DNA of 64,000 nt. Origin: Octopus vulgaris (taxonomy: Eukaryota). Location of the stretch: assembly GCA_951406725.2 (NCBI GenBank), contig OX597819.1:82770001-82834000 (forward strand), written 5' to 3'. The notes under the pieces were generated by a model. The model had not been told where the DNA came from. It saw nothing but the letters and a program-made list of their open reading frames with translations, and searched no databases. The first letter of the stretch is position 1; every line of letters begins with the position of its first letter. The position numbers and the translations under genes are program-made. This document shows, piece by piece, positions 12,994-27,944 of the stretch.

Positions 12994-13179
12994 AACAACA
13001 AACAAGATGAGGATTAATATCTGTCAAATGTAAATAATGTAAATAATGTATATTTTAACTTCTGAAGCAAATCAACTGCAGTTACCATGGAGAAAAAATT
13101 CTCACTTTTGCTAAAAGGTGTAAAACTGTTGAATCTACTCCCTCTAGCAGACTCACAAATATATTTTAACTAACCTAAC

Positions 13180-13224
<45 letters not shown>

Positions 13225-16159
13225 TACCCACATAAGTCAAAATTTGATCTGTAGACATGATGAGATGATACACTGATGAGGCATATTGATATTATTGCTT
13301 AGATGACTACAAGTTTTCCCTGAATAGTATAAATAACATTAAACTGTAATTGCTGCTGCTGATGACCATGGTGATAATAATGATGATGATGGTGGTGGTG
13401 GTGTTGGTGATGGCAGTAGTGACTGTGACAAAGTGGGAGGAGTTTCAGTTGTAAGTTTTATGAAGCTTTTTAGGTGTGATTTTTCTAAAACAACTAACAT
13501 TTCCAAAAAATAAAGAAAATAAGAAACATAAAGGAATCCAAAACTAGTAGTGACTTTAACTTCAATTGGACATGTCATGTTTTGGTAAATAGAGAAGTCA
13601 GAAAATCTTTATCAACTATTTAAAGAAATATTCAAAAGAATTTGATTGAAATAGTTGTTATTTTTCAGTTACCTTCTCTTTTAACTTTTTCCTAACATTA
13701 GATTTTAACATTTTAAATGTAAAATTTCTTTCAAAAATCTTTTTCTTCAACTCTTTCTAATGTAAGTTCAGCTTAATAATATTGTTCCCATGTCTCCCAG
13801 TCTTTTCTCAGCAATGTTGAAAAGAAACGATTATGTTATCTAATGTTATTGTACTGTTAACCTGAAATCAATCTATTTTCTATGAAAATTATTGTTAATG
13901 AATAGGAAGACATAATAATGTTCCTCAAATGTCTTGTATACAGTATGAAAGTGGTCATCACCCTCTTTGCTGTGTCTATAGTGTTCTCAATTCTGAGATA
14001 AAAAATATCCTGCTTTAAATGTCTGCCTTAACAGATATTATACTTAATATCTGTGTTCTAACTATTGAAAACTTTCTCTCCGAATATCGGTCTGCATCAA
14101 CGTCTGTAAATATTACCTTCAATATTTAGAGATTGTCCTTTTTTAAAATTAGCGTTTTATATCTAGATCACTGGAACATGTTGTAAAGTTGTTAATTTTC
14201 TTTTAAGTTATTGTAAATTTTGTTTATTTATTCTTAATGAAATTATTGAAAAATCTTCTTTTAGTTACTATTAATATGATGATGAACTATTTCTAAAAGA
14301 GTACTTTAATACTATCAAACATTTCAACATACCCCTTTCGTAACTCTTCAATAGAAACAGTAACATGAAATAACTCAAAATTTTTCTAAATTCACCTTTT
14401 GGTAGATTTTAAAACCCTTACCGGTTCTCCTGTGTTCAATTTTAGAGATCATCTATCTGTGTGTATATGTGTGTGTGTTTGTATGTGTTCGTTTGCGTGA
14501 ATAAATTTCTGTTTTTTCACCTTTGCTTCATACTTTACAGTAATTTACAAACTTATCAATTTAACCATGCAGTTGTTTAACTGATCAAACCAAAAATATC
14601 ACTGTTTCAAGACTTTCCAAAGTAACACAAGTATTTTCCCTACTGTTGATTTCTTCGAGTAATTTTTATACTATTAAGTTGTATTCCCTCTCTTTTTTAA
14701 TAATAATTGTTCTATAGATATAGAATATATTAAAGATTATATATTACTTTTTAGAAATGTGCTGTTGAAAGCATCTTTGTAATTCAATCATTATCACCTA
14801 TCATTTCCTTATCTGAGAAGTATTATAATGCAAAGAAATTTTGTCTTTTATTCTATCTTCTTCCCATTCCTATATTCTGATTTACTTAAAATTTCTTTTA
14901 ACCAAAATCTATATCTTAAATAAGGAATCAGATATTACCATATCTGTGCAATCATCCCCTGAAACTCTGCTTTCCTTCATATTTCTCCTCTATAATTTAG
15001 CATTCCTGTAATCTGAAGAAAAAGTCAAGTTCATATCTATTGAATTTGAGTTTGTGAATATATGGTCTATATAGGAACATTGCACATCATTTTTTTTTTA
15101 TGAATACAGACAAACTTTGATTTGGTACATAAATGGCCAGTGCTCAGTTTCTAGGTCTAAGGGAATATAAGTTCCTGATTGACTAAAGCAAAAATCATTA
15201 GATCAAAATTCCTGTAAGAACAGTTTTGGTTCAAGCAACAAAACTTTCACAAAGCGACAGATATAAAAATTTGCAAGAACTTTATTTGATCTCCATGTCA
15301 TTAAATAGGTAATTCATTTGTACCTGAACTATTGCCAAGCATGTATGAAAACTTAATCCGGCAATGGTTATATCATCATATATGATATTTTTAATAAGAA
15401 ATTCCTCATAGCTGCTACTTCTGTCCAAAGTTTTAGATACAACTTTTCTTTTAGATTGGGTTGAATTATATTTGAAGATTAACTTACCTTGTCTTCAAAC
15501 AGGTTATATCAATCCCATCCATTAACATTTGTAAAAAGGCAAATATTACAGTAAACAGGCTTAAATAAGTGAGTTAAAGAAAAGCAGCCAACTGCAAATA
15601 CTAGGTCCTACACTTTCATTTCTTGAAAACTAAAAATGATACAAGCAGGATTAAGTAAAATGGTTTTATAATTTTTTAAATAGCATAGTTTAGGTGAAGC
15701 ATAATAAATTAGATAAAAACTTGGCACCATAGATGTTATATTTTCATTGAGCTTGCTTCAGATGAAACAACTTTCTGTAAAATAAACAAATACACTTTGG
15801 ATTCATTACGTCTTTAACAACGAGAAAATTTAATTACATGCAGTTTTTGTAAGAATTCTTAAATATACACGAGATTATTACAATAGTGAGGATTAGAAAT
15901 ATATTTCAGCTATGAATTTGAAAACCATACATATCTCCACTGACATAACATTTTATATCTTCCCTTCATTCTCATATATAGGTCTTTACATCTAATCAGA
16001 TTGGGAAGGCTTTTGTGATTCATTAATAAGACAAATTTGTCTATAATACAAAAGTATTTTTTACAAATTTCAGATACTTGGTACCCATAAGAAGTTTGAG
16101 CAAAAATGAAAGCATTGCATATCATCTATTTAGAATGTAATTTAGTATTGACAAGCTAG

Positions 16160-16365
16160 TTAAAGCTCTTCAATATGGTCGTTGGAATTGCTAAAAACAG
16201 CTGTCAAATCTTCAAATTACACCTTACAATTTCAAACAAAAAACAATACAATAAATAATGTAGTGCTAGATACAAAATGCTTTAAAAATGAGAAAAGTAT
16301 GTTATAGGTGTGAAATGCCTTTGCTTACTCAGTCAGGGCTGACCTTACTTTAAACAATAAGAACT
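16160..16365 (+). mobile_element. Old interspersed repeat (SINE body/tail family)
   Basis: Motif series cta.aaa.agc.g.caaatc..tcaaat.acac...ataatgtagt.ctagatac...gaa.tgcctttg...cagggctgacc...aaacaa. It recurs at about 23690-23880 (-), 50965-51195 (-), 55495-55630, 59235-59437 and 60860-61050. Confidence 0.55.
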
Positions 16366-18661
16366 TTTAACAATGGTGATAATAGTAGTTATAAAAATAC
16401 ATAGGTAAGAAAAACTTTAGCATTGAAAATAATGGCACTAAAGAAGAAATTGTTGCTTACATGTGAGTATAGCATATCACTTCGTCTTTCACCATCTCCC
16501 TATATCGAAATAGCTGTATACATATAGTATTCCTTTAGATATATTGTCTTGGAATTTCCACAAAATAAAGTTGGTTTTAATATATCATCATGTCAAGGAG
16601 CACATCTTCCATCCTTTTAATATTTGCTTTGTAAATATTAAACTAAAACTGTTCATGTATTATAGATATTTTCCTTAAAAGTTTCTTATTTTTCAATTTT
16701 AGCTAAAATACTCTTTGTTCATGTTTTGCTTGGACTTACAGAAAAAATTGACCTTTTCTTGACTTATCAGGAAATTAAGTCTAATTCTTTGGCTTGATCA
16801 ATTCCGTTTATATTCACAAAACATTATTGATAAAAAGTCTGATCATAAAAAATTTCAAATAGTATACATCTCTTCAATTTCTGTGTTACCTTCTAATACA
16901 TGTATAGCTATAGGCTTTAAGTTCATTTAAACATTACAGCTAACACTACACTTGAGCACTAGGGACATGTGATATGCACTTACATACATACAATAAAAAT
17001 ATATATAATTTAGCAACCATTAAAAAACAAAAATTAGTTGAAGTCAAATGGGTATTGAACCAGCATCTCAAATTTGGGTACTATGCATTTTATTGTTTCA
17101 TTTATGATTATATTAGTGTATTAGTGTGCAACCAAATACATTTTATAGCATCACTTTAGACTGAATATAGGTTACCATTGCATATGTCAAACATAACTTC
17201 ATATTTCCTATTTGTTTATATGGACACATATTCTATAGAAATCTCATTCACCCAAATCTCATTAGTTAATATATCATACAATATTTGTTTACAATTATCT
17301 CACAAAATTGGCAGGGGATTGATCTCTATTCAGATATGATTATATCGCGGGGTGAAGATAGAAGTTGTGTTAACGAGGTGATATCTCTTGCTTTTGTTCA
17401 ATGAAAATTAATACTGTATGGAAATATATATGGAATCTCTTTGTGACTGTGCATAGATCATAAACTTAGAAAGGAGACTGAATACTAGTGAATAAAACTG
17501 GAAAGTAGTAATACATTTCATTTCAGGGAGGGGGTGGATTTAATTACCACCTGACAGCAGTAGCTATTTCATTTTTGTTTATTCCTTCCCATTTCTAGTC
17601 TTTCATATTTAATAGACATGTTCTTTGAAAAGTCTTTATTTATTAATATGCGTAATTTATATTCACATGTATGTGTGTATGAGGGAGTTTGTGAACACAT
17701 GCATAAATATTAATATCATGTATATCAGCCTCTGCACAAAGGTGTATGTGTGCATATTTGTAGGTGTGTGTGTGTGCATACATGGTGTGTGTGCATGCAT
17801 ATATGTATGTGTGTGCATATATGTATGTGTGTGGGTGTGTTTATATATATTATACATAGATATACATGCTTTTTTATATATATGCACATGCACACACACA
17901 CATACATATATACATATATACATGCAAATTAATTTCACTGAACTCATTAAGATATTTTGATTATATTTTCTGAAGCCTATTTTGTCACATTTTCTAATAA
18001 ATAAGGATTTTGTTATAATATTAAGATGCCAAGCTGATAGTGCAAGAACTATTGAACTCATTCATTAGATCTGCTGTAACTTTTTTGTTCTTCAATTTAT
18101 ATTTTCTCCTTATATGATAAATTATTATGAACTATGATTAAGATTAAATATACTATTTTGTTGTGAACTAATTCACATTTAATATTTTTTCAATAAAAAC
18201 TTTTGAATAAGTTGTTAGAAGAATATACATATATATATGTTAGAAAATTTCCAACACCATCTAATGCAGAGCATTAATGGTTTCTTTTAGTAACACTTTT
18301 AAAATCTCTGTCTGTGGCTCCTTCCTTACAGCTCATATTCTTAATTTAATTTCCTTGTTACCTTCCTGGTCTGTGTAAAGTGTAACTATTTCTTTGTCAA
18401 TTTAACATTTAAAATGTCCTTAAAAGTTAAATTGTCTATTTCAATTTGAACTTGATGCAAACATTTTTCTACAGTATAGAAATTACTCTTTTGACATTTT
18501 AACTTTTGAAACTAGTTTTGAGAAAAGCTGCCAAATCAATCATAGATGGCTTATTATTAAAGTAGCACAATATTTCATTGCCTTTTGACTTCAAGGCAAG
18601 TTAAGCATTTGAAAAGTCTCAAATATCTTGAATTCTTAAACTTTATACAAGCTGTATGTAT

Positions 18662-18709
<48 letters not shown>

Positions 18710-21700
18710 ATGTGTGTGTGTGTGTGTGTACATGTTACATTATGCTATATACATTTATATCATTACATTAGTCTTTGACATTATTCACAAAAAAGAAATC
18801 ATTGAATTTGCATAGAAATAGTTTATTGAGATACACAGTGACATATTAAATCTCTGTCTAAGTTGTATTGAATATCTTTCCTTCTTACTCATATTTTATT
18901 CAAATTCTCAGCCCACTTCTCAACGAAAATGATTCTGTATGTTTTCTATTATCAATTATATCAAATGATTGATAACCAGACCAGAAAATGTTTATAAATT
19001 TTTTTTTCGGTTTATTTGTTGCGGGGCTTGCTAGGTTTTTATTTTGAAAACTTTAAAATGTTGAGGTTGTTGATATAACTGTGAATCAGAAGCATCACTT
19101 GCTCGTCTTAGAATAATGTTCCCAGTTATTATATACATTTTATAAGAAAGAATGAGAGAAATTTTCTTGAAAATTTTATGAAACAGTGACAGATTTTAAT
19201 CTAAATCAGAATAAACTTAGAAAGTACTAATTATGAGCTAAGACAAGAAATAGACAAGAAGATTCACATTTTGAATGCAATTATTTTGCAAATACAAACT
19301 AGCTTGATAAAATTTATTTTAGTAATAATTGTAGTACCTTTAAAGAAATATTTCAATAAAATACTTCATAAAAAAATCTGCTAAAAATCTGTTTAAATGT
19401 AAACCACTATACCACAAGTTCTCTTAGTTATAAAAGGCATTTATAACTAGCATTAATAGTTTGAATTTATGGCCACAGTAAAGTTGTAAATTCTTAGTCA
19501 ATACTCAGTTATATTTTTTCAGCCAAGTTAATTTTCCTTTGGAAACAATTTTTAAAAATGTTCACTATTTGATCTCTTTTAAAAATATTTCATAGGAAAT
19601 CCTCTATGTTATCGGTATTTATATTTTATCCTAACATCACAAGTTACTGAAATTTATTATGACAAAAATATTTGTAAAATAGCTTCCTCACACTTGTACT
19701 GTGTTTTATAAGGTAGAATACATATATAATCTCATGGAAAAGGTTGCATGGGTTCTTCTTGTCAATAGTTTTCATTTCATTCGCATGCTTTATAAGTTTT
19801 TAGAATCTCATGGGCTTTTTGTTTCTTTTTTTTACTTCTATTTTATTTTATTTTTTTTATGGACTTGAACCAGTCCTTAATATTACAAAAGACAACTTTA
19901 CTTGCTGCAACCATAGCCTTTAAATGTAATTTAATGATAATTTTTAATTCTGACGATAGTGCTTCAGGTATATATGTGACATAGTATCAAAAATGTTATA
20001 CTAAAACCATCAAAGTCTAAATGTGTAGATTTAATTTTTACAAGAAATATTTAGAGACTGAAACCAAACAGTATAAAAACTTAAATTTACATGTGAAAAT
20101 TGTAATAATACATCAAGCATGCATAAACTAGGTATTGATAAACTATATGTCAACAACCTATTAATAAACTATATTGATTTATGGAGTTGTGAAGTTTTAG
20201 AATTTGATTTTTTAATTTTTAGTAAGTCAAAATATTTTTTAAATATTTTTATTTTCTACAATAAATAAAAATGTATAAAATTGCTAAAGCATACTGTCAT
20301 AATTGTCAAATGAAATTATAATTCAGTTTTTGAAAAAAAATTCAAAGTCAGTGTTTGAATATTTGTAATCTGACTGGTTAGTGTTTAAATTAGCAATGTG
20401 GAGTAATGTTCAATGATCTTATACAACTGAAGTTTCATTCCTTCATATCTGCTGTTACCAACTGAATAGCTTTTGAATTCCCAATTTGTATCTGGCTTTC
20501 TTCCTGAGGCTTTCAGAATTGTATACAATCCATTATAATTTCTAATGTGTCTAATAATTTTAAATATCTAGTGAAAATTTCTAAAAGCATGCCCATCTAA
20601 TTGAAAAAAAAAAGACTATAAATCTGAGGAATTAGTTCTTTTTCATATGCTTGCTCTGTGCCTATATGTTAGATAGATTTTTCAGTTTTTCTGCACTGAG
20701 GCCTATAATATTTATGCCTCTAACTTTAATGGACTTTGTATTTCTTTACTTTGAATTTGGTGACTCATAGCTCTGTCATTTCTGATAGTTTGCAGCTTTC
20801 TGCAAGTTAGACAAATGTCTATCTTTCTATTCACATTTCTTTTTCATTCTTTATTACCAATTTGATTACTCATTTATTTCTTTTAAACACTAGTAAAACT
20901 AATCTCATTTTTCTCTATTCATTTTTCTTTCAGTTTTGAAGATTTCCTTTACTTATTTATTAGTCTATTTCTTCTTCCATAAAAATTGTTCTGTGTAACA
21001 TCATAAGTTGATGTGGATTATCTCAGCTGAAAATGTACACCATATAAAACTTGGTGTTTGCCTCCAAACTATTCTGCAGTCATTTGGGTTTAAATGAATG
21101 TTCCTTTGTCAATGTTGCTAAATAGACATTCCTTTTCTTCTTGTTTTGTACATTTGCAGTTATAAAAAGAAAAAGCAAACAGTTGTGTAATTCTGAGAAA
21201 AAATTTGAAATTGTCATCTCCTAAATAATTGACTGTAAATATGTTTCAGAGATTTCTAGCTAATCTTTGAATTTACAGGGACTTTGAAGGAAAAAACAAT
21301 ACATTGTTGCTTTGATATGGATTGTTCTGCTAACATAAAACTTAGTGTTTTGCAAAAGACCACAATTACACAATCTTTGCATCTCTATTCTTGTCTGTTT
21401 TATGCTATAACAAATATGAAGGAGTTACTCTTTTTTCTTTCCAACCATTGTTATTGGTATATTTGTCAACTTTTCTTAAAATATTGATATCTTACTGCAA
21501 AATATGCAGATATTCAATACTTTCTCACTGTTCTATATTATTCTTTGTTTCTTTCTCATATGTATATATATATATATTGTATATTGTTGCAATCCAGATC
21601 TGTTCCTGGTTAATCATTTACAAATCATCCAGTTGAAAATGATTTTCATTCTTAAAATCTCTTGGTTTCTAAATAAGAGTTTAATGAATATTTTACAGAA

Positions 21701-22162
21701 TACTTGATACTTTTATAACATTAGTTGTTATTTTTATGTAGCTTAATAATATACAAGAGTGAATGTGTGCAAATATAGTTTCCTCGTGTGTTTATACATA
21801 TAAATCCTGTGTAGTTAATTTTTTTCTCTTTCATAGAACTTATGGATACTATATTAGATTAGATAATTTCTTTATTTATTATTTATGTTGTTAATTGTAA
21901 TTCAATTCTTGAGTTTTGAGATATTCAGGAAAATATTTTGAGATGTAACAATTTTCTAACCAATATTTCACACTCTGATGGATTTCATCTTATATTAAAT
22001 TATTTATTAAAATAATAGGTAGCTTTTATAATAGTAATATTTATTTCTATTAGAAAAAAAAATTATATGTTCTATTTGTGATATATAACCCAGCCACATA
22101 CTTTTAATGTGTAGATTGGAATATTTCAATAATTCAAACAATATAAAATTATACCTATATAT

Positions 22163-22193
<31 letters not shown>

Positions 22194-22957
22194 CATACAA
22201 AGTTGTTTCAAATGAGGATCTTTTCTGCTTCCATTGAAAATATTTTAACTTGGGCTTTCTCATGGGTGATAACTTATCACTTTCTTTGTAAGTGGTGACT
22301 GAAAATATTGAATAAAATTTCTTGTTAATTATATGTGTGTGAATGGATGAAGGTATGCAGCAATGCTTGTATGAATTATGTACTTCCTTCAGCCTAGTAT
22401 ATCTTCCTTCTACAATACAATAAATGGACCTTATTAAAAATAAATATACGATATGTCTTAGGCAATAAATAGAAATAATTGAAATTTTGGTAAATTCTTG
22501 AGAATAATTTTGATTCTTCAAAATAAATATCTAGAAGTGCAAAGAAGTTGAACTTTTTATACTGTAAATCATCATTTTAAACTTTTCTTTCTACTGTGAC
22601 TTGTAAGATATCTGTCATTTTAATATCAAAATATATTTTATTCATGAAAGCTATTTTATCAGTTATACATATATATTGTGGAAGAAACTATATTTTATCA
22701 GACAAAGAAAAATAATCTTTTTTAAAACCTAAGAAATTTTTTTTCCTTTTGTTCCCAGCATATCTTGCTTCACTTTTTTTCCTAGACTATTCAACCTCTT
22801 TCGTGTTGGTGCCACAAAAAAATGCACCCAATCATAGAAACAAAGCAGAGTGACACATATGAGCACCAGTCCATAGGAGAAGTAGTCCCCAATGAGGATT
22901 GACTCAAATCATGATGACCTGTTCAACCCATGCCAGCATATACATACATATATATAC

Positions 22958-23031
<74 letters not shown>

Positions 23032-25578
23032 GCATATATGTGTGTGTGTTTGGATATGTACATATATGCATATTTTCACATACAGACTAAGTATATCTCT
23101 TCCCTTGAACAGATGCTATACTAAAATGACAGTCCACTTGAAGATTAGAGGAAACAATATTAACTAGATCTCAGCAACAGAAAAAACAGTAAAATATTCC
23201 TTGTTGGCTGTGGTCAATAACTCTTTAATGTAGCATCTTCCTACATGTCCCTTATATTCTATGATCTGTGCTAACTACTTTTCCTGTAGCCTTGTTTGAT
23301 CTAAACATAACATAATTACTTTTCCACTTTCCTTCCACTTATTTTATGCCCTAATAAGACAAATTTCTTATGTTGTCAGTTTCTACTTTCACATTCAACA
23401 TCTCGGCATTTACATCAACTTGCCTATCTGTCTTTCTTGTGTAACAATCAGTATTGCTTTCACACAACTAAATTCATAGGACACTTTCTTCTTTACAGCA
23501 AGCACTATTGTTTTTTTTTGTTTTTTTGCTCATGAGAAATTTTGTGAAATTCTTTGGTAGTAGTGATTGATACAGTTATGTCTGGCATGGGAATATTCAA
23601 GTGAAGTCCCTTTCAAATAAACACAGTAATACTTTGCTCCAGTTCATTCACAGATTTCATTTTTAGCTTTACTAAGATGTATTGGTTGGTTGTTATTGTT
23701 ATTATAAACTGATGATTAAAGGCATTCAAATCATGTCCATCGTGGCTCTTCAGACATAGTTCATTTCAGACTACAATATGCAATATGTCCTTCACTTTGT
23801 TTTTGAAGATGGTAGGGTATGATTTGAGGGAGATTTGTTTGTAATTTTTTACTAGGTATAACCATTTAGAGATTCCTTGTCTGTTTTATTGGTGAGTATT
23901 CAACGGTGCACCAACTCCACATATCACATCCAGCAGATATTTTATGTTTTATAATCCTTTATAACCTAGCAATATCACACCAGATATACTACTATATGCA
24001 ACACTTTTTTTTTAATAACAGATAAAGGCTCAGCCAGGCTTCTAGCCAAGGAAAACTTTTACAAACATACATATATATATATTGGGAGGGTCTGTGTGTG
24101 TGTGTGTGTGCGTGCATGCATGTGTGTACACGTGCATGAATGTGTGTGTGTGTGCACTTATGTGTGAGAAATTTAGTGAAATCCATATTTAAAATATTCA
24201 TTGTTTTTCTTTGCTTACTTAGTGGGTTGAAAGGAATACATGCCCACACTCACACACAGATATACTCATTCACACATTAAATTTAACCTACTCAATAATA
24301 TTCTATTTTCATAATGGTTTGGCACAAAGCACTGGGTATATGAGGGAAAAGAAATGAGATTATGTTATCATTGCATAATTTTTTAGTGGCATATGTAGCA
24401 ATCAGAAATCAAATCTGCCATGCTTCTGACTATAGATTACAGATGGTAAGCTCCCAGAAAGATAAATGTTCTTATATTGTAATAATTCCCAATACCTTGG
24501 GTTAGGGGCATCAGGTATGTATAGCACAAACCTATATTTATGGAAAATATGAAGAAATTAGAAATGAAAATGTGGAATAATGAAATGCAGCACCTCCTCA
24601 GAGGAGAAAATATAAAAAGACAAAGAATAAATAGTAAGATTGAAGGAAATTAGTGCTGATCAGCTCCACCAGTTTGAGAGTATAATCAATTCAAAAGTGA
24701 AATAAACTGATTGGTTATGAGACAGTAGGATAAAATCACTGCCAAACAAAGAATCCTACTTGATATGTAAAACTTTTCCTCTTCCCCCACAAGAAAACAT
24801 TTCACTACATTTTTGAACTGTTTGTAAAAACAGTTAGTTTACCTATAAGACTAAAGTAAGTCTACTTGAAAAAAAAAAAAATACCAAACTAGCATGAAAC
24901 AAGAGTTGTTTGATCTGATGAAAGCAATAAAATATCTGAGATAGATTGTTGAATATGACGTTTGTGTTATGTGAAAAAGTTGACATTGTATCAAGTAGAT
25001 TCAAAGATTTTTCTGAAACTTTATGGAAATTTTGTAACAATTTCATATGAAATAAGTTTAACAAAGACAGTGCATTCAACTTGAGCATTTGTAACAACAG
25101 TTCATGTTACATGGGTTTAGAAAATGCAAACATACATTGTGTTGGCTTTGATGGTTTTATTATATGGATACTTTTATCTTAAAAGTAGAAGAAAATAAAT
25201 TTTTAATATTTTCTGTTATCTGTATTGTTCTGTATTTATAAATATTACTTTATATAATTTTTAAAATAACAAATATGAAAATTACTATCCAGCATGTAAG
25301 GCAATATTCTAATTAAGCTCTTGCCCCAAGAAATATTCTAAAATTATTAACAAGATTTCAGAAAAATTAAATGGAGTTCATTTGGTTGGGGCTTCTATTC
25401 TTGCAGATATGATTCCCTATTCTCCCTTGAACTATCATAAAATGAAATTAATATCATTACTTAAAAGAACCCCTTCATATCTCCATATCACCTGCCATCA
25501 TTCAATATACCTTTCCAGTTATTTTAGCAGAGATATGATCAAAACTTTTGCTACTCAAGTTTATTGTTCTGAGATATA

Positions 25579-25672
25579 TCTTCTTCTTCTTCTTCTTCTT
25601 CTTCTTCTTCTTCTTCTTCTTCTTCTTCTTCTTCTTCTTCTTCTTCTCATTATTATTATTATTATTATTATT
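25579..25672. repeat. Compound microsatellite (CTT)n-(ATT)n
   Basis: Read directly from the sequence. Confidence 0.95.
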
Positions 25673-27806
25673 TGTAATACTTAATCAGTTGGTCCTGAGT
25701 TTCTCTTATCATTATCTAGACCTTTGGGCTAGACACTCATTCCTTTTTATTTTACTAGAAAAGGTGTAGCTACATTTTACCAGCATGCCAGCATATTTTC
25801 AAGTACCTGTGGTATTCCTATGTAACTAAGTACTAAATATGCTCATCTGCCATACAATAGATATGTATGCTTATTTTGATAAGTGCTGCTCCTTGATCTG
25901 TTTGTTTAACAAATACAAATACATTGACTATTCATAACTCTTATAGAATTCCTCACTATACTTCTTTCTATTGAAGATGTATTTTCTTTGAATTACATCT
26001 TTAAATAATAGAGTTATCAGCTGCAGCTGTTATGCTTTCAATCTCTCAACCAACTCTACTGAATACTTAACATTCAAAATCTACACAAAAAATTCCCTGA
26101 CACAAAGAGATGGCAAAGCAAAAATATAAGAAGACTAATGAGTTTTATGAATAAACGGCTAAAATATTTGAATATTTGATAATGATTTAAAACAATGATT
26201 GAAAAGTATTAGGTTTCCTATTTTTATTTTCTCAGAATTGAATAACAAAAAATTAAATTATGATGTAATAACTTTTAACTGGAAAAAAACTAGAAACTGA
26301 TACAGCATTGAAATAATAATAGATGACATTAACAAGAACTGATATAGCATTTAAACAGTAGCAGGTGACATTAACAGAAACTTGATAAGCAGATGACAAC
26401 ATATAGGATAAAAAAATATAGGTTTTAGAAAGATAATGAAATTCCTTTTCTTATTAGGGTCTTTAATATCACGGCATGGATAATGATAATTCGAAAAGAA
26501 ACAACTTTAATTTAATTCTGTTACGAAGATTAACCTAACTTGTCTCCTTTCTGCATTTTAGGGAGCTATTAGTTTATGGATCTGATACTTGTCTGTTTAT
26601 AGATGAACTATACAATCCATCCAAGTGTCAAGCAGATAAACTGAAATATTATCTAACAAAAGAGTTTGTATTATTCTTTTACCATTAAAAGCAAATGTGT
26701 AATGCAGAGATAACTAAGTAAATATTTGACAACAAACGAATACAAAACTGAAAGTAGCACCCTATTTTCATAGATAGAATATTGTTGTTAATCTTTTCAG
26801 ACTATTATTCACAGAACTGCAAGAAATGTTCATGCATATGGAAATATCTGATGCTACAATACATTTCTAAGTAAAGATCGAGTAAGCAAACCATCTATGT
26901 TTTAGTTATCTTATGCAAGAATACTAATAGAGTAAATTGTTTATTGCTTTAGTATTGAAGAGCATCTCTCAAATGTAATTGGTAGTTTACTAATGTGTAT
27001 TGAAATATTGACAAACATTTTGATATAACATTTGTAACTAGAAGTTACTACACTAATCTCCTTCTTGTCCATTACTCTCAAGAACTAGTACTCGGAAGAA
27101 AATATAAGAAAATATGTTAATTAGAACCAAGAGAATTTGTGTTAATTTGAGTTAAATTAATTATCTTTAAAAGAAAGCTTTTACTATATCTAAAAACGTG
27201 TTATTGCTCCTCAAAGTTTGAAAGGGAATTTTATTTTATTGCATTTACAGTAGCTGTATTCTATTAGATCAATGAAGCTTGTTCTTTACTTAAATTTTGT
27301 TTATATTTCTTCCTATTTTTCTCCTTTCTACTACATTCAGAATATTAATAATAAAGCTAATGTATATATAGAGAGCTTTAATGAGTTTTCTAAGATGCTA
27401 TGGTAATTTAAAAAATACTAATCAGATTATCAGAATATTCAGTTATCTGGCAGCCCTCCAATCCCAGTGGTGCTGGATAGGAGGGAGTTTGTTGAACATA
27501 GATTGCTCAGTAAAACATGTATAATTATTATCCATAACAAACAATTAAAAGAAAATTCACTTACAATATTGCCATGATAACAACTAAATTATAATTATTG
27601 AACAATTTGGCTGTTTTTGCATCCTCCAACAATTTTTATTGCAATATTTGGTAATATTAAGTGACAGGTTAAATCTTTGGTTAATATTAAACTGTTCCAC
27701 GAAATTATTCATTTTCATTCTATGGATTTTCCCATTCTTTGTCAACAGAAAATTCTAATTTGAACTTTGAACACATTCTTTGTCTCAGTATATAGTTGCA
27801 ATAAAT

Positions 27807-27841
<35 letters not shown>

Positions 27842-27886
27842 ATATATATATATATTTACATGAAGTTAAATATATGCCTGGCCATA

Positions 27887-27944
27887 GAGTGACCAATAGT
27901 TTTGCATCCATAAAACAGTTAGCTTTAGATGATTCGTCAGACTC
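27887..27944 (-). ncRNA. Degenerate hammerhead ribozyme-like motif in a short (TA)n-flanked insert
   Basis: Minus strand: GAGT CTGACGA atcatctaaagc taact gttttatggatg c AAAA ctattg GTC ACTC. Stem I is GAGT/ACTC, the core is CUGACGA, the cleavage triplet is GUC, and GAAA is mutated to AAAA. Confidence 0.5.

Larger units (their letters stand above)
12537..13049. mobile_element. Palindromic (head-to-head) tRNA-headed element with a Penelope-type hammerhead motif in each arm
   Basis: Two inverted arms of about 250 bp centred near 12790. Each arm has a tRNA-like A/B box, (AAT)n, a second ggttc.aaa segment and CTGATGA-stem-GAAA. Direct repeat ATATTTTAACTTCT at 12523-12536 and 13050-13063. Confidence 0.85.

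Noticed and set aside
26285-26400. ~42-bp tandem repeat (about 2.5 copies) as a CRISPR-like array
   Set aside because: Degenerate minisatellite with no unique spacers, in a eukaryotic context.
26562-26870. Two good plus-strand acceptor sites followed by short open frames
   Set aside because: No recognisable peptide and weak or absent donors. This is expected by chance in T-rich DNA.
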